Shown: positions 18,501 through 26,330 of the stretch, piece after piece
Position numbering within the stretch: position 1 is the stretch's first letter
How the letters are laid out: each line of letters begins with the position of its first letter
Assembly: GCA_042570305.1 (NCBI GenBank)
Contig: JBHPGP010000002.1
Coordinates: 4,024-68,023 of the forward strand
Length of the DNA: 64,000 bases
DNA from: Candidatus Omnitrophota bacterium
GTDB taxonomy: Bacteria > Omnitrophota > Gorgyraeia > Gygaellales > JAHJCI01
Direction: 5' to 3'
Made by a program: the position numbers and the translations under genes
The notes under the pieces: generated by a model
What the model saw: the letters and a program-made list of their open reading frames with translations, nothing else
Told to the model about the DNA's origin: nothing
Databases searched by the model: none

Positions 18501-21324
18501 TGGGGATCTGCCGATCGTTCTCGTCCGCATCGAAAGCCAGGACAATATTAATCTCGTCGTGCAGATGCTGCAGGCGCATGCCTATTGGCGGATGAAAGGT
18601 CTGGCGGTTGATCTGCTGATATGGAATGAAGATAGTTCCATTTATCGCGATAGCCTGGGAGAGAGGATCATCGGGTTGATCGCCGCGAATGCCAAGGAGA
18701 TAGCGGGCCAGAATGGCGGTATTTTTTTAAGGCGCGCCGATCAGATATCCGAAGAGGACCGGATTCTCATACAAACGGTCTCCCGGATTATTATTTCGGA
18801 TCGCGGGGGGACGCTGGCGGAGCAGTTGGAGGATATGGTCCAGCCAAAGGTGAATTTCCTGCCGTTCGTTGCAACCAGGCAGGATGATCCGCAAGAAGAG
18901 GCCGAGGGTCCGGCGGAGCGTTCCGATCTTGTTTATTTTAATGGTGTAGGAGGATTTACCGGGGATGGGAGGGAATATGTGATCAAGACCTCGAGCTCGA
19001 ATACCACTCCCGCTCCGTGGGTCAATGTGCTGGCAAACCGGAATTTCGGTACGGTGATTTCCGAAAGCGGGAGCGCCTACACCTGGAGCGAGAACGCGCA
19101 TGAATTTCGCTTAACGCCCTGGAAAAACGATCCTGTTTCGGACGCTTCGGGAGAGGCGCTCTATATTCGCGATGAGGAGAGCGGAAGGTTCTGGTCTGCG
19201 ACCCCTCTTCCCGCGACGGGGAAGACCGGTTATATCTCGCGCCATGGATTCGGGTACAGCATTTTTGAGCACACCGAAAACGGGATAGTTTCGGAATTAA
19301 CGGTTTTCGTTTCCCTGGAGGATCGGGTCAAGTTCTCTGCCCTGAAGATCAGGAATATCTCTGGGCGCCGTAGGCGTCTTTGCGCGACGGCGTTTGCTGA
19401 ACTGGTCATGGGGACGTTCCGGGATAAATACCACATGCATATCCTGACCGAGATCGATCCCAAAAGCGGAGCTCTGTTTGCCCGCAATCCTTATAACAAG
19501 GAATTTCCCGACCGGGCTGTTTTTTTGGATGTGAGTGAACCGACGCGATTTGTGACCGGGGACCGGGTCGAATTTATCGGAAGGAACGGAACGCTGGCAT
19601 CGCCTTCCGTGATGCGAAGGGATAGGCTTTCCGGAAGAGTGGGCGCGGGGTTTGATCCGTGCGTTGCCACGCAGGTAAAATTTGAGCTTGATGACGGCCA
19701 GCAGAAAGAGATCGTTTTTACCTTGGGCTCCGGAAAAACTCCGGATGACGCCAGGGATCTCATCCGGCGTTTTGGCGGTATCGATGCGGCGCGTGATGAA
19801 CTTGAAAGGGTGTGGGAATATTGGAAACGGACCCTTGGTGTTGTGTATGTGGAAACGCCCGATGCCTCGATCAATATTCTCGTCAACGGTTGGCTGCAAT
19901 ATCAGGTTATAAGCTGTCGTCTCATGGGGCGAAGCGGTTTTTATCAATCCGGCGGGGCTTTCGGCTTTCGGGATCAGCTCCAAGATGTGATGGCGTTGAT
20001 CCATTCGAAACCGGAAATGGTCCGGGAGCAACTGCTGGACTTTGCCGCGCACCAGTTTGCGGAAGGAGATGTGCAGCACTGGTGGCATCCGCCATCCGGC
20101 CGAGGAGTCCGTAGCCGGTGTTCGGATGATTATTTATGGCTCCCCTTCGTGACCTGTCTGTATGTCGAGAATATCGGGGATACGGGGATTCTTGATGAAA
20201 CGGTCGGGTTTCTGGAAGGGCCCCTGGTTAATCAGGAAGAAGAATCTTACTACGATATGCCCAGAGTCTCCGTCCGTTCGGGGACACTGTACGAGCATTG
20301 TGTTTTAAGCGTGAAAAGGGGGTTGCAGTTCGGCGCGCATGGCCTTCCTCTCATGGGAAGCGGGGATTGGAATGATGCAATGAATCTGGTTGGGCGCGAA
20401 GGGAAAGGCGAAAGCGTCTGGCTTGCTTTTTTTCTCTTCGATGTTCTTCAGTCGATGGCGGTCTTGGCCGCTCAGCGTGGGGATAAGGTCATCTTGGAGC
20501 TCTGCGCTGAGGAGGCAAGGAAACTATCTAGGAATATTGAAGAGCATGCCTGGGACGGCGAGTGGTATCTCCGGGCCTATTTTGACAATGGGGATCCTCT
20601 GGGATCTTCCCTGAACAGCGAATGCCGGATCGATTCGATCCCCCAATCCTGGGCGGTGCTTTCAGGCGCGGCTCAGCGGGAAAGGGCCAGTCGGGCCATG
20701 GGTCAGGTGGATCGGCAGCTTGTCGACAGGAAGCACGCGCTGGTGAGATTGTTCGACCCTCCTTTTGATAAGGCTTCCCCTAACCCGGGATACATCAAAG
20801 GCTATGTTCCCGGCGTGAGGGAGAACGGGGGACAGTACACGCATGCTGCGGTCTGGGTGGCGATCGCGTTCGCGGTCTTAGGGGATACAAAGCGGGCTTG
20901 GGAGTTGTTTCATATGATCAACCCGGTGCATCATTCTGATGACGCGGATAAGTGTGCCGTTTACAAAGTGGAGCCGTTCGTGATGGCCGCAGATGTGTAT
21001 GCCTCTCAGGGCCTTGCCGGACGCGGGGGATGGACCTGGTACACCGGGTCCGCGGGTTGGATGTATCAGCTTATAGTGAAGCATTTGCTGGGGGTTCGGT
21101 TGAAAGTGGACCGGATCTATTTCGAGCCCTGCCTTCCAGCGGGTTGGCCCTCTTGGAGGCTGCATTACCGCTACCGGGAGACCTTCTATCATATTACTTT
21201 TGCGTGTTCAGGATCGTCAAATCATATAACGTCTATTGCGGTGGATGGTGTCGCGCAGGAGGAAAAGGTTGTCCGGCTCATTGATGATCGAGTAGAGCAT
21301 TCAGTGGAAGTGCAGATTGAATGA
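12535..21324 (+). CDS. cgs: Cyclic beta-1,2-glucan synthase (Cgs/NdvB/ChvB-like; N-terminal region with TMs and GT84 glycosyltransferase, C-terminal GH94 glucan phosphorylase-like domain)
   Basis: Single 2929-aa ORF with a TTG start preceded by AGGAG. TM helices around aa 430-470 and 830-900 flank a DxD-containing GT region (LDADTRTS...GYGILQPRV). The C-terminal third has cellobiose-phosphorylase/GH94-like blocks (YFNGVGGFTGDGREYVI, APWVNVLAN, TPWKNDPVSD). Size and order match Brucella/Agrobacterium Cgs (~2.8-2.9 kaa). Confidence 0.8.
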   Translation: MSLKFLQDYILPLKMRLGAFLHWNRITEEEPLRAELFSIEQFKAHAKKLAQGHMVSYKKGHNKLLLRLKQNENVLVEIYKLLNETGKSKRKISPAGEWLLDNYYLIEEQIRLAQKCLPEHYIRELPHLFQGPLAGYPRVYELAMELVSHGDGRLDSQGLTEFVTAYQTVNHLKLGELWAIPIMLRLALIENLRRVSSRMIVAQTERDKANYWATRILKVSAKDTDGVVFEIVAMSRANPLLSDAFVAEFMRRLHGQIQVFNLPFAWLEKKLAEQGDTLERIIRATSQKQASDQVSIANTIGSLRLLEITDWHDFVEALSVVEKLLGQDPSGDYRRMSFATRDRYRHVVEQFSLRSKITEEEIAARAIRLAKTGEKKFGPGHVKAHVGFYLIDRGLELFCRELGLRLPLRQYLQAKKTFWPSVLFFGAITFITLALTVGILYWVQPAGLLSWRRLVLFWVSLFLVTSQTAVSMVNWSFMMLVRPKNLPRMDFSEGIPAYAHTLVVVPCIISDARTVDSLLEGLEVRYLANIDANTDFALLTDFCDAKQETMPEDEVLLAQVKDGVAKLNYKYRRKKEYVFCLLHRPRRWNEREKLWMGYERKRGKLGDLNALLRGKGDGRFSVILGDTQRLQDVQYVITLDADTRTSRNAARELVGVIAHPLNRPVYDEKKQRVVSGYGILQPRVEPSYPGKTPSLFAKIFGGDTGIDPYTKTVSDVYQDVFFEGSFIGKGLYDVDSFERSMEGRFPENAILSHDLLEGCYARSGLVTDVQFYEGYPQGYLKDVSRRHRWICGDWQILSWLFASVRVHSGAKVKNPISFLSQWKIMDNLRRSLVPFATVLLFLSGWICFQPSWIWSVLVLALMGFPLVPMSLAEAVRKSELLTFKTHVGLVVSSCRKNLLRLFFSFVFLLHEAVYCLDAIARTLWRMLVSRRRLLQWKTFLEAEASLSERISGYYQSMWLAPLAAAVLLVFFLAVFQRFDGLTLFFVSLWFVSPAVAYGISQPASPRKIMLSKAQTIFLRKLARRNWAFFENFVTEKDHWLPPDNFQEVPVSGLAHRTSPTNIGLSLLANLTAYDFGYVSMGMMFQRTEKTFVTLNLMERFRGNFYNWYNTETLKPLAPLYISSVDSGNLAGHLLVLRAGLREMSSRKIISAKMFDGLGDTLEILYQSVAEFEKSRKSTVVEPLRGVSQRVEQFQEKCKSSPARLSEIYTFLRQLSTDISKVLTGLDQKHYDQSKKWARALERQCYDFLEDMSFIAPWILLAPEIPGMWEAGDEKQQQRLGQLREALRSLDEIPALGEVARLEQKLVPLIEEITGAMLVADDESKRAHEWFLKLRETIKDAGTRSAERIKAIDYIVLRCNEISGIEYEFLYDKGTHLLSIGYNVSEHKVDRGCYDLLASEARFCSFVAVAQGKMPQDHWFKLGRMIAKLEGDPVLISWGGSMFEYLMPLLVMPTYAGSLLEQTYKAAVSGQIRYAANNNIPWGISESCYNKFDANMVYQYHSFGVPNMGFKPGLAEDLVVAPYASMLALMVEPEKACENLERLSSEGVAGIYGFYEAVDYTPARLAPDQNRAIVKSYMAHHQGMSFLSLAYVLLDQPMQRRFLSEPMFQAAELLLQERIPVSEPFLYDFEVTGMLRKFGDRETLLRVFTTPQTPVPEVHPLSNGRYHVMVTNSGGGYSRWQNVSLTRWCEDAALDNDGTFVYLRDVESGQFWSSAYQPTRKNPKSYEALFSQAWAEFKRRDQQIETHTEIAVSPEDDIELRRVTITNRSRNRRVIEVTSYAEVVLNDLSSDQAHRTFSNLFVQTEIIRSHQAILCKRRPRSDKETFPWMLHLMAVHGNALVGATYETDRNKFIGRGRTLADPAAMEGQDNLSDSEGSVLDPIVSIRSRIELLPEESATIDYVTGICESRESAQALMEKYRDRNLADRVFNLAWTHGQVALQQINTTEASAQLYGRLASAILYANPAWRSSASILRRNNRGQSDLWGYSISGDLPIVLVRIESQDNINLVVQMLQAHAYWRMKGLAVDLLIWNEDSSIYRDSLGERIIGLIAANAKEIAGQNGGIFLRRADQISEEDRILIQTVSRIIISDRGGTLAEQLEDMVQPKVNFLPFVATRQDDPQEEAEGPAERSDLVYFNGVGGFTGDGREYVIKTSSSNTTPAPWVNVLANRNFGTVISESGSAYTWSENAHEFRLTPWKNDPVSDASGEALYIRDEESGRFWSATPLPATGKTGYISRHGFGYSIFEHTENGIVSELTVFVSLEDRVKFSALKIRNISGRRRRLCATAFAELVMGTFRDKYHMHILTEIDPKSGALFARNPYNKEFPDRAVFLDVSEPTRFVTGDRVEFIGRNGTLASPSVMRRDRLSGRVGAGFDPCVATQVKFELDDGQQKEIVFTLGSGKTPDDARDLIRRFGGIDAARDELERVWEYWKRTLGVVYVETPDASINILVNGWLQYQVISCRLMGRSGFYQSGGAFGFRDQLQDVMALIHSKPEMVREQLLDFAAHQFAEGDVQHWWHPPSGRGVRSRCSDDYLWLPFVTCLYVENIGDTGILDETVGFLEGPLVNQEEESYYDMPRVSVRSGTLYEHCVLSVKRGLQFGAHGLPLMGSGDWNDAMNLVGREGKGESVWLAFFLFDVLQSMAVLAAQRGDKVILELCAEEARKLSRNIEEHAWDGEWYLRAYFDNGDPLGSSLNSECRIDSIPQSWAVLSGAAQRERASRAMGQVDRQLVDRKHALVRLFDPPFDKASPNPGYIKGYVPGVRENGGQYTHAAVWVAIAFAVLGDTKRAWELFHMINPVHHSDDADKCAVYKVEPFVMAADVYASQGLAGRGGWTWYTGSAGWMYQLIVKHLLGVRLKVDRIYFEPCLPAGWPSWRLHYRYRETFYHITFACSGSSNHITSIAVDGVAQEEKVVRLIDDRVEHSVEVQIE

Positions 21325-21737
21325 TCGCGGGATGGCCTGAAGAAATTTGTTGAGCCTGTTTTTAAATGAACACAGAAAATAAATCTGATCTCCACCCGTA
21401 TATAGACCAGTAAAGATAGTAATTCTTTAAAAAACATAATTATATGGTATAATAACATACATAAGCGGGATTAACGCCCAAACCTATCGGATGGTTTGGT
21501 GTAAGCTTGTGCTTAAGGAGGAGATATTGGCGAGAGATAATTATTCATATAAAAAGTATCAGAAAGAATTGGCCAGGAAAAAGAAGGCAGAGGCAAAGAG
21601 ACAAAGAAAACTGGATAAAAAAGCGATTGAGGCTACTCCTGAGTCTGTACAGGTCAACTCAAACTTAAATCTTTAGCAGAACTAATACCCGGCCATATCG
21701 GATTGGCCGGTATGCACTTACTGTGCAAGGAGGGAGC

Positions 21738-21902
21738 ATGGCATATCAGGGTGGTGGTGGGTTCGGCGGGTCACGGGAGATGCACAAGGCAGTTTGCTCG
21801 GAGTGCAAAAAAGAGTGCGAAGTCCCGTTTAAACCCAGAGACGATCGTCCGATATACTGCAGGGATTGCTATATAAAGCGCAAGAACGAAGGCCGCAGGT
21901 AA
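21738..21902 (+). CDS. Small zinc-ribbon protein (CxxC...PF.P...RP.YCxxC)
   Basis: 54-aa ORF absent from the track because it is under 60 aa: MAYQGGGGFGGSREMHKAVCSECKKECEVPFKPRDDRPIYCRDCYIKRKNEGRR. RBS agggag 7 nt upstream. Matches the small Zn-ribbon motif family. Confidence 0.5.
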   Translation: MAYQGGGGFGGSREMHKAVCSECKKECEVPFKPRDDRPIYCRDCYIKRKNEGRR

Positions 21903-21956
21903 CCATAGATTCCGCAGACGCAATACTTAATTGGCGCACAGCCTGATACCTAGAAT

Positions 21957-22310
21957 ATGAAAGGTATTACCGATCCCAATCTTATTTATTCTACTGACAG
22001 TGGCTCAATCTGTCCTGATTGTTCTAAGTCGCTCAAGGAGTGTATCTGCCGTGAAATAAAAAGGAACGCTTTACCCGAAACCAGCGGCAAGGTGAGGATA
22101 CGGCATGAGACTGCTGGTAGAAAAAATAAAGGTGTAACCATAATTTATGGTTTGTCTTTAAACCAGGAGCAGCTTGAGAAGTTGACTAAGAAATTAAAGA
22201 GCACCTTTGGCACAGGCGGAACTGTAAAAGATTACACAATTGAGCTGCAGGGTGACCAGCGAGGAAGAGTCAGAGTTGAATTATGCAGGCTGGGTTATAG
22301 AGATCTCTGA
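21957..22310 (+). CDS. yciH: Translation initiation factor SUI1/YciH family
   Basis: RKNKGVTIIYGLSL...LEKLTKKLKSTFGTGGTVKD..IELQGDQRGRVRVELCRLGY, the eIF1/SUI1 fold signature. Confidence 0.8.
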   Translation: MKGITDPNLIYSTDSGSICPDCSKSLKECICREIKRNALPETSGKVRIRHETAGRKNKGVTIIYGLSLNQEQLEKLTKKLKSTFGTGGTVKDYTIELQGDQRGRVRVELCRLGYRDL

Positions 22311-22513
22311 ATAGCGAGAGGTTTTCATACGAGAGGGAACACATTTTCAACTAATAAATATGTTGACAAATTCCGAAAATGATGTTATAGTAACCACGTA
22401 GTAAATAGAGGAGAAAATGTCTAAGCCGTCAGGCCGAAAAGTATTCGCCTTGCGGTTTTTTTTGTTTCTGCTGTTATTTGCTATAATTTAGCAAGAAGGA
22501 GGTGTAGTAAATA

Positions 22514-22714
22514 ATGGTAAAAGGAACAGTTAAGTGGTTCAGTAACCAGAAGGGTTACGGTTTTGTTACCCCTGAGTCAGGAGAAGATGTATTCGTGCAT
22601 CATAGCGTAATCCAGGGTGATGGCTATAAGTCTTTAGATGAGGGTCAAGAGGTCGAACTTGAAATCGAAACAGGCCCTAAGGGCAAACAAGCCACAAAGG
22701 TAGTAAAGTTGTAA
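22514..22714 (+). CDS. cspA: Cold-shock protein (CspA family)
   Basis: [33 protein letters not shown], with RNP1/RNP2 motifs. 66 aa. RBS aaggagg. Long 5' UTR. Confidence 0.9.
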   Translation: MVKGTVKWFSNQKGYGFVTPESGEDVFVHHSVIQGDGYKSLDEGQEVELEIETGPKGKQATKVVKL

Positions 22715-22820
22715 TTCGTATCAGGTACAGGTCCGGCAATTATGCCGGGCCTTATTTTTAATCCTTCGACTTCGCTCAGGATTGATGGCGAGCAGAGTCG
22801 AAGCATCAAGGAGGTTGGAT

Positions 22821-23027
22821 ATGCATAAAGGACAAATAAAGAAGCTTATGCGCGAGAGGGGCTTTGGGTTTATCAGCGACACAGACGGAAGGGAAGTATT
22901 TTTTCATCAGAGTGGCCTGGTAGAGACTAAATTCGATACTTTGAATGAAGGCCAAGAGGTTGAGTTTGAAGTTGAAAATTCTCAAAAAGGCCCTCGGGCG
23001 ATTAATATAAGTATTCTCAAATCCTAA
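22821..23027 (+). CDS. Cold-shock domain protein (second Csp paralog)
   Basis: MHKGQIKKLMRERGFGFISDTDGREVFFHQSGL. RBS aaggagg. The track start at 22782 is upstream, but the ATG at 22821 is the better start. Confidence 0.8.
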   Translation: MHKGQIKKLMRERGFGFISDTDGREVFFHQSGLVETKFDTLNEGQEVEFEVENSQKGPRAINISILKS

Positions 23028-23053
23028 AAGCAGGCAAGGCTGTCTGCTTTAAT

Positions 23054-23090
23054 ATCCCAAGCAAGATTTTGCTTGGGATATTTTATTTTT
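23054..23090 (+). terminator. Rho-independent terminator after the csp genes
   Basis: Perfect hairpin atcccaagcaa-gatt-ttgcttgggat followed by attttattttt. Confidence 0.7.
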
Positions 23091-23094
23091 AGTA

Positions 23095-23116
23095 GTATAA
23101 TCTGACTATAGAAATT
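23095..23116 (+). promoter_or_regulatory. Conserved promoter/leader module copy A (gTATAAT -10 + TGACTATAGAAATT)
   Basis: gtataatctgactatagaaatt matches 26309-26330 at 21/22 positions. The upstream attttgcttg block is also shared. Confidence 0.5.
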
Positions 23117-23154
23117 TAAGTCTGCCTTTAGTCCTGCCTTGCGGAAGACAAAAT

Positions 23155-24801
23155 ATGCTTGATGCGGCCCAAAAAAGATACAGATTTAGGGTTGTTATTC
23201 CCGCCTATTCGGCATTTAACATTTATTCTGATATTGCCAAGCGGACTACGGCCTTGGGGCCGGTGTGTGTTGCCAGCAGCGTAAACGAAATGCAAGGCTG
23301 GGATGTTGAGGTTATTGATGAGAATAACCTCCGTAGATACGGACCAAGAAGCGATTCAAGAGGGGCTGACCATGAATTCTTACAACGGCAGAGACCTGCG
23401 GATGTCATCGGCTTATACGGGGGATTGACCAGTACTATACCCAGGCTTTATAAAGTAGCCTGCTTTTATAAAGAGAAGGGTGCTGTGACTATTGCCGGAG
23501 GCCAGCATTTTGTGGGAGATAATATTGTTGAGGCCTTAAATTCTTGCATTGACTATGTAGTTATTGGCGAGGCAGAAGAAACGATTAAAGAGCTTCTCTT
23601 GGCGATACAAGGTAAGGCAGATGTAGGCAAAATCAAAGGTATTGCCTATTTAAAAAATGGTCAGGTTTTCTTGACTCCCGAAAGGGAGCCCCTGAATGAT
23701 TTCGACAAGTTGCCCCTGCCGGATTTTTCCTTAGTGCGTTACGCCAAGATTAAGCTTTATCCTGTTGAAAGGATACGCGGTTGTGGCATGGATTGCGAGT
23801 TTTGTACGGTTAAGGGCAAGCCAAGATTTGCTTCTCCCGAACGGCTGCTTGAGCGCATCAGCTTCCTTTTGGAAACAAAGGATGCCAGGCACTTTTTTAT
23901 TGTCGATGACCTTTTTGGGCAACAACGTGATGAAACAATCAGGTTCTGCAGAATGCTTGCGGATTATCAGAAGGGCATAGGCAGAAGGCTGGATACGACT
24001 GTCCAGATAAGATTGGATAAAGCCAAAGACACTGAGTTACTTTCTGCTATGCGGCAGGCGGGAATTAACACAGTAGCCATCGGATTTGAGTCACCCATTG
24101 AGGAAGAATTAAGGGCTATGAACAAACATATCAGACCCGAGGATATGCTATCCCTTACAAAGATATTTCATAGATTTGGATTTTTGGTACACGGCATGTT
24201 TATCTTTGGCTATCCGGTAAAAGAAGGAGTGAATTTTAAAATGTCCGCACCTGAACGAGTAAAGCGTTTTAAAGATTTTATTAGGAAAGCTAAAATTGAC
24301 ACTATACAGGTTTTACTGCCCGGTCCTTTACCAGGGACAGAATTAAGACATAGGCTTCAAACACAAAACAGGATTTACCCGGTTCAGGACGTGGGCTGGG
24401 AATATTATGATGGTAATTTTCCCCTATTTGAGCCTGATCAGCCCATGAGCTCTGAAGAGATGCAGGCTTCTATCAGGCAGATTATGGGCAAGTTTTATCA
24501 GTTTAAATATATGTTTATGATAGTCTTAAATATATTTTCTTTTTCCAGTTTAATCTTCTTTTTACACAATATTCAGGCAGGATGGAGGAGATGGTATCGC
24601 CCTTGGCGTAATCATTTAGTTCGTTTTGGCGGTTGGATCCTTATCAGGAAGTGGTCTTCAGCGTTAAAAAGGGATATGTTCTCGCAAAAATTGCAAAAGG
24701 CAAAAGAGCACCTAAATGAATGTAACTTAAGGAGAGGGCATTCGGCAAGGACAGGGCATGGCTGTATAAGCCAGCCCTTTAACAAGAGAGGTCAAGATTA
24801 A
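23155..24801 (+). CDS. B12-binding (class B) radical SAM protein with C-terminal hydrophobic tail
   Basis: N-terminal cobalamin-binding-like region. Radical SAM cluster motif CGMDCEFC (CxxxCxxC). 548 aa. C-terminal membrane-like segment MFMIVLNIFSFSSLIFFL. Confidence 0.7.
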   Translation: MLDAAQKRYRFRVVIPAYSAFNIYSDIAKRTTALGPVCVASSVNEMQGWDVEVIDENNLRRYGPRSDSRGADHEFLQRQRPADVIGLYGGLTSTIPRLYKVACFYKEKGAVTIAGGQHFVGDNIVEALNSCIDYVVIGEAEETIKELLLAIQGKADVGKIKGIAYLKNGQVFLTPEREPLNDFDKLPLPDFSLVRYAKIKLYPVERIRGCGMDCEFCTVKGKPRFASPERLLERISFLLETKDARHFFIVDDLFGQQRDETIRFCRMLADYQKGIGRRLDTTVQIRLDKAKDTELLSAMRQAGINTVAIGFESPIEEELRAMNKHIRPEDMLSLTKIFHRFGFLVHGMFIFGYPVKEGVNFKMSAPERVKRFKDFIRKAKIDTIQVLLPGPLPGTELRHRLQTQNRIYPVQDVGWEYYDGNFPLFEPDQPMSSEEMQASIRQIMGKFYQFKYMFMIVLNIFSFSSLIFFLHNIQAGWRRWYRPWRNHLVRFGGWILIRKWSSALKRDMFSQKLQKAKEHLNECNLRRGHSARTGHGCISQPFNKRGQD

Positions 24802-24856
24802 ATATAATCACGCCTTATTCCTTAATCCGTATATTGCAGGAAGCGCTACGGATACG

Positions 24857-26242
24857 ATGTTGCTTTTTCCGCCCATAGGGCTGGAATATATAGCTACGAG
24901 CGCTAAGGGCCTGGTCGGTAAAATCACGCTTTTGGATCTGAGGTATGAAAATGATTTTGCCGAAGATACGGATAAGCTTCTTAAGTTTATATCCGAATCG
25001 GTTGATATTATCTGTGTCACTATCGGCTGGGACAGGCATTTTGAAGAAATCTGCCAGCTGCTTAACCGCTTGCCGGCTGGGATACCCTTAGTCATAGGCG
25101 GTTATAAAGCTACGGAAAAGGTAGAAGAACTTTTTAAAATTTGCCCTGCCATAGATATCATAGTCAGGGGCGAAGGCGAAGAGACAATACAGGAAATATT
25201 AAAGGGCATAGCGCCAAAAAATATCCTGGGTATTTCTTACAGGCGGGGGGAGCGGGTTATACATAATGCTAACCGTCCGCTTCCGGATGTTGATAAGCTA
25301 CCGGTGCCTGACCGAGCCCTCAGGCACAACGAATACATGATGGCAATAAACGGCATCAAATTAGGGAATCTTACTTTTGATTCGGTATTAAGCGCCAGGG
25401 GGTGCCCCTTTAATTGTAAATTCTGCACATTCAGTTTAAATCCCCTGGGTCAGAAAAGAAGCTATGCCGCGCGCCGCGTAAGCGACGTGGTTGAGGAAAT
25501 CCAAAGCTTGAAGGCAGACGTAGTGCTCTTCAGCGATGATAACCTTTTCGTCGATCCCAAGAGGGCAGAGGAAATTTGCGACCAAATCATTGAACGCAAG
25601 ATAAAAAAGCGCTTCATTGCTCAGGCACGTATTGAAATTGGCAGGCATCCAAGGCTGCTGGAGAAAATGGTGAAAGCCGGATTCAAGGCATTGTTGATCG
25701 GGATAGAATCTCCTCACGACTGGATACTGGAGCAGCTGAATAAAGGCTTCAATCAAGCAGCGATAAGAGAATATTTTGCGGTACTCAGGAAATATCCGAT
25801 TTTATACAGCGGTTATTTTATATACGGTAACATAGGGGAGAGCAAAGAGGAGATGCTTTATATCGCACAATTCGCCAAGGAGATAGGAGTCGATATTATT
25901 GCTACCAATAAATTAAGGATCGAGAAATTTTCCCCTTTAAAGGAGCTTGCCGAAAAAACACCGGGTTATCATGTAACCGCAAAGGGAGAACTGTATTCCG
26001 ATACGTATAGCCACGCGGCCTTGAAGAAAATAGGCAAAAAGATAAAATTCTCTTTTTATACCCCCTCCAGATATCTAAAGATAGCCTGGAAGAATGTTTT
26101 CGTAACAAGGTTCTATACCTTTAATGAGGTACTGCTGATTTTAATTGCCGCGCCCCGTCTCATTACGAGCATCATTGCCAGGGAAAGGCGTAGAGGAAAG
26201 CTTAAGGATTCCTTAAGGCGCACCTTTATTAGGAATAGCTGA
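24857..26242 (+). CDS. B12-binding (class B) radical SAM protein, paralog
   Basis: GCPFNCKFCTF radical SAM motif. B12-binding-like N-terminal region (LVIGGYKATE...VRGEGEE). 461 aa. Adjacent to its paralog at 23155. Confidence 0.7.
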   Translation: MLLFPPIGLEYIATSAKGLVGKITLLDLRYENDFAEDTDKLLKFISESVDIICVTIGWDRHFEEICQLLNRLPAGIPLVIGGYKATEKVEELFKICPAIDIIVRGEGEETIQEILKGIAPKNILGISYRRGERVIHNANRPLPDVDKLPVPDRALRHNEYMMAINGIKLGNLTFDSVLSARGCPFNCKFCTFSLNPLGQKRSYAARRVSDVVEEIQSLKADVVLFSDDNLFVDPKRAEEICDQIIERKIKKRFIAQARIEIGRHPRLLEKMVKAGFKALLIGIESPHDWILEQLNKGFNQAAIREYFAVLRKYPILYSGYFIYGNIGESKEEMLYIAQFAKEIGVDIIATNKLRIEKFSPLKELAEKTPGYHVTAKGELYSDTYSHAALKKIGKKIKFSFYTPSRYLKIAWKNVFVTRFYTFNEVLLILIAAPRLITSIIARERRRGKLKDSLRRTFIRNS

Positions 26243-26308
26243 AAAGCGCATTCAATTTCGCACAAGTCCGCTTTCCAGGAAAATTTTGCTTGCGGGGTTT
26301 TATTAAGG

Positions 26309-26330
26309 GTATAATTTGACTATAGAAATT
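26309..26330 (+). promoter_or_regulatory. Conserved promoter/leader module copy B
   Basis: gtataatttgactatagaaatt. See copy A (23095-23116). Confidence 0.5.

Noticed and set aside
12869-21284. About 45 short ORFs on both strands inside 12535-21324 in the six-frame track
   Set aside because: All lie inside or antisense to the single long cgs reading frame. They are the expected stop-poor shadow frames of a GC-rich gene, not genes.
12447-21456. Possible direct repeats tagtgtataataac (12447-12460) and tatggtataataac (21443-21456) flanking the cgs island as a target-site duplication
   Set aside because: Both contain the host-typical gTATAAT -10 box that recurs at many promoters in this window (69, 23095, 26309, 33345, 50040). 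More likely these are independent promoters than a duplication.
24808-25095. Minus-strand ORFs 24808..25095 and 24815..25039
   Set aside because: Antisense to the start of the second B12-radical SAM gene. No RBS.
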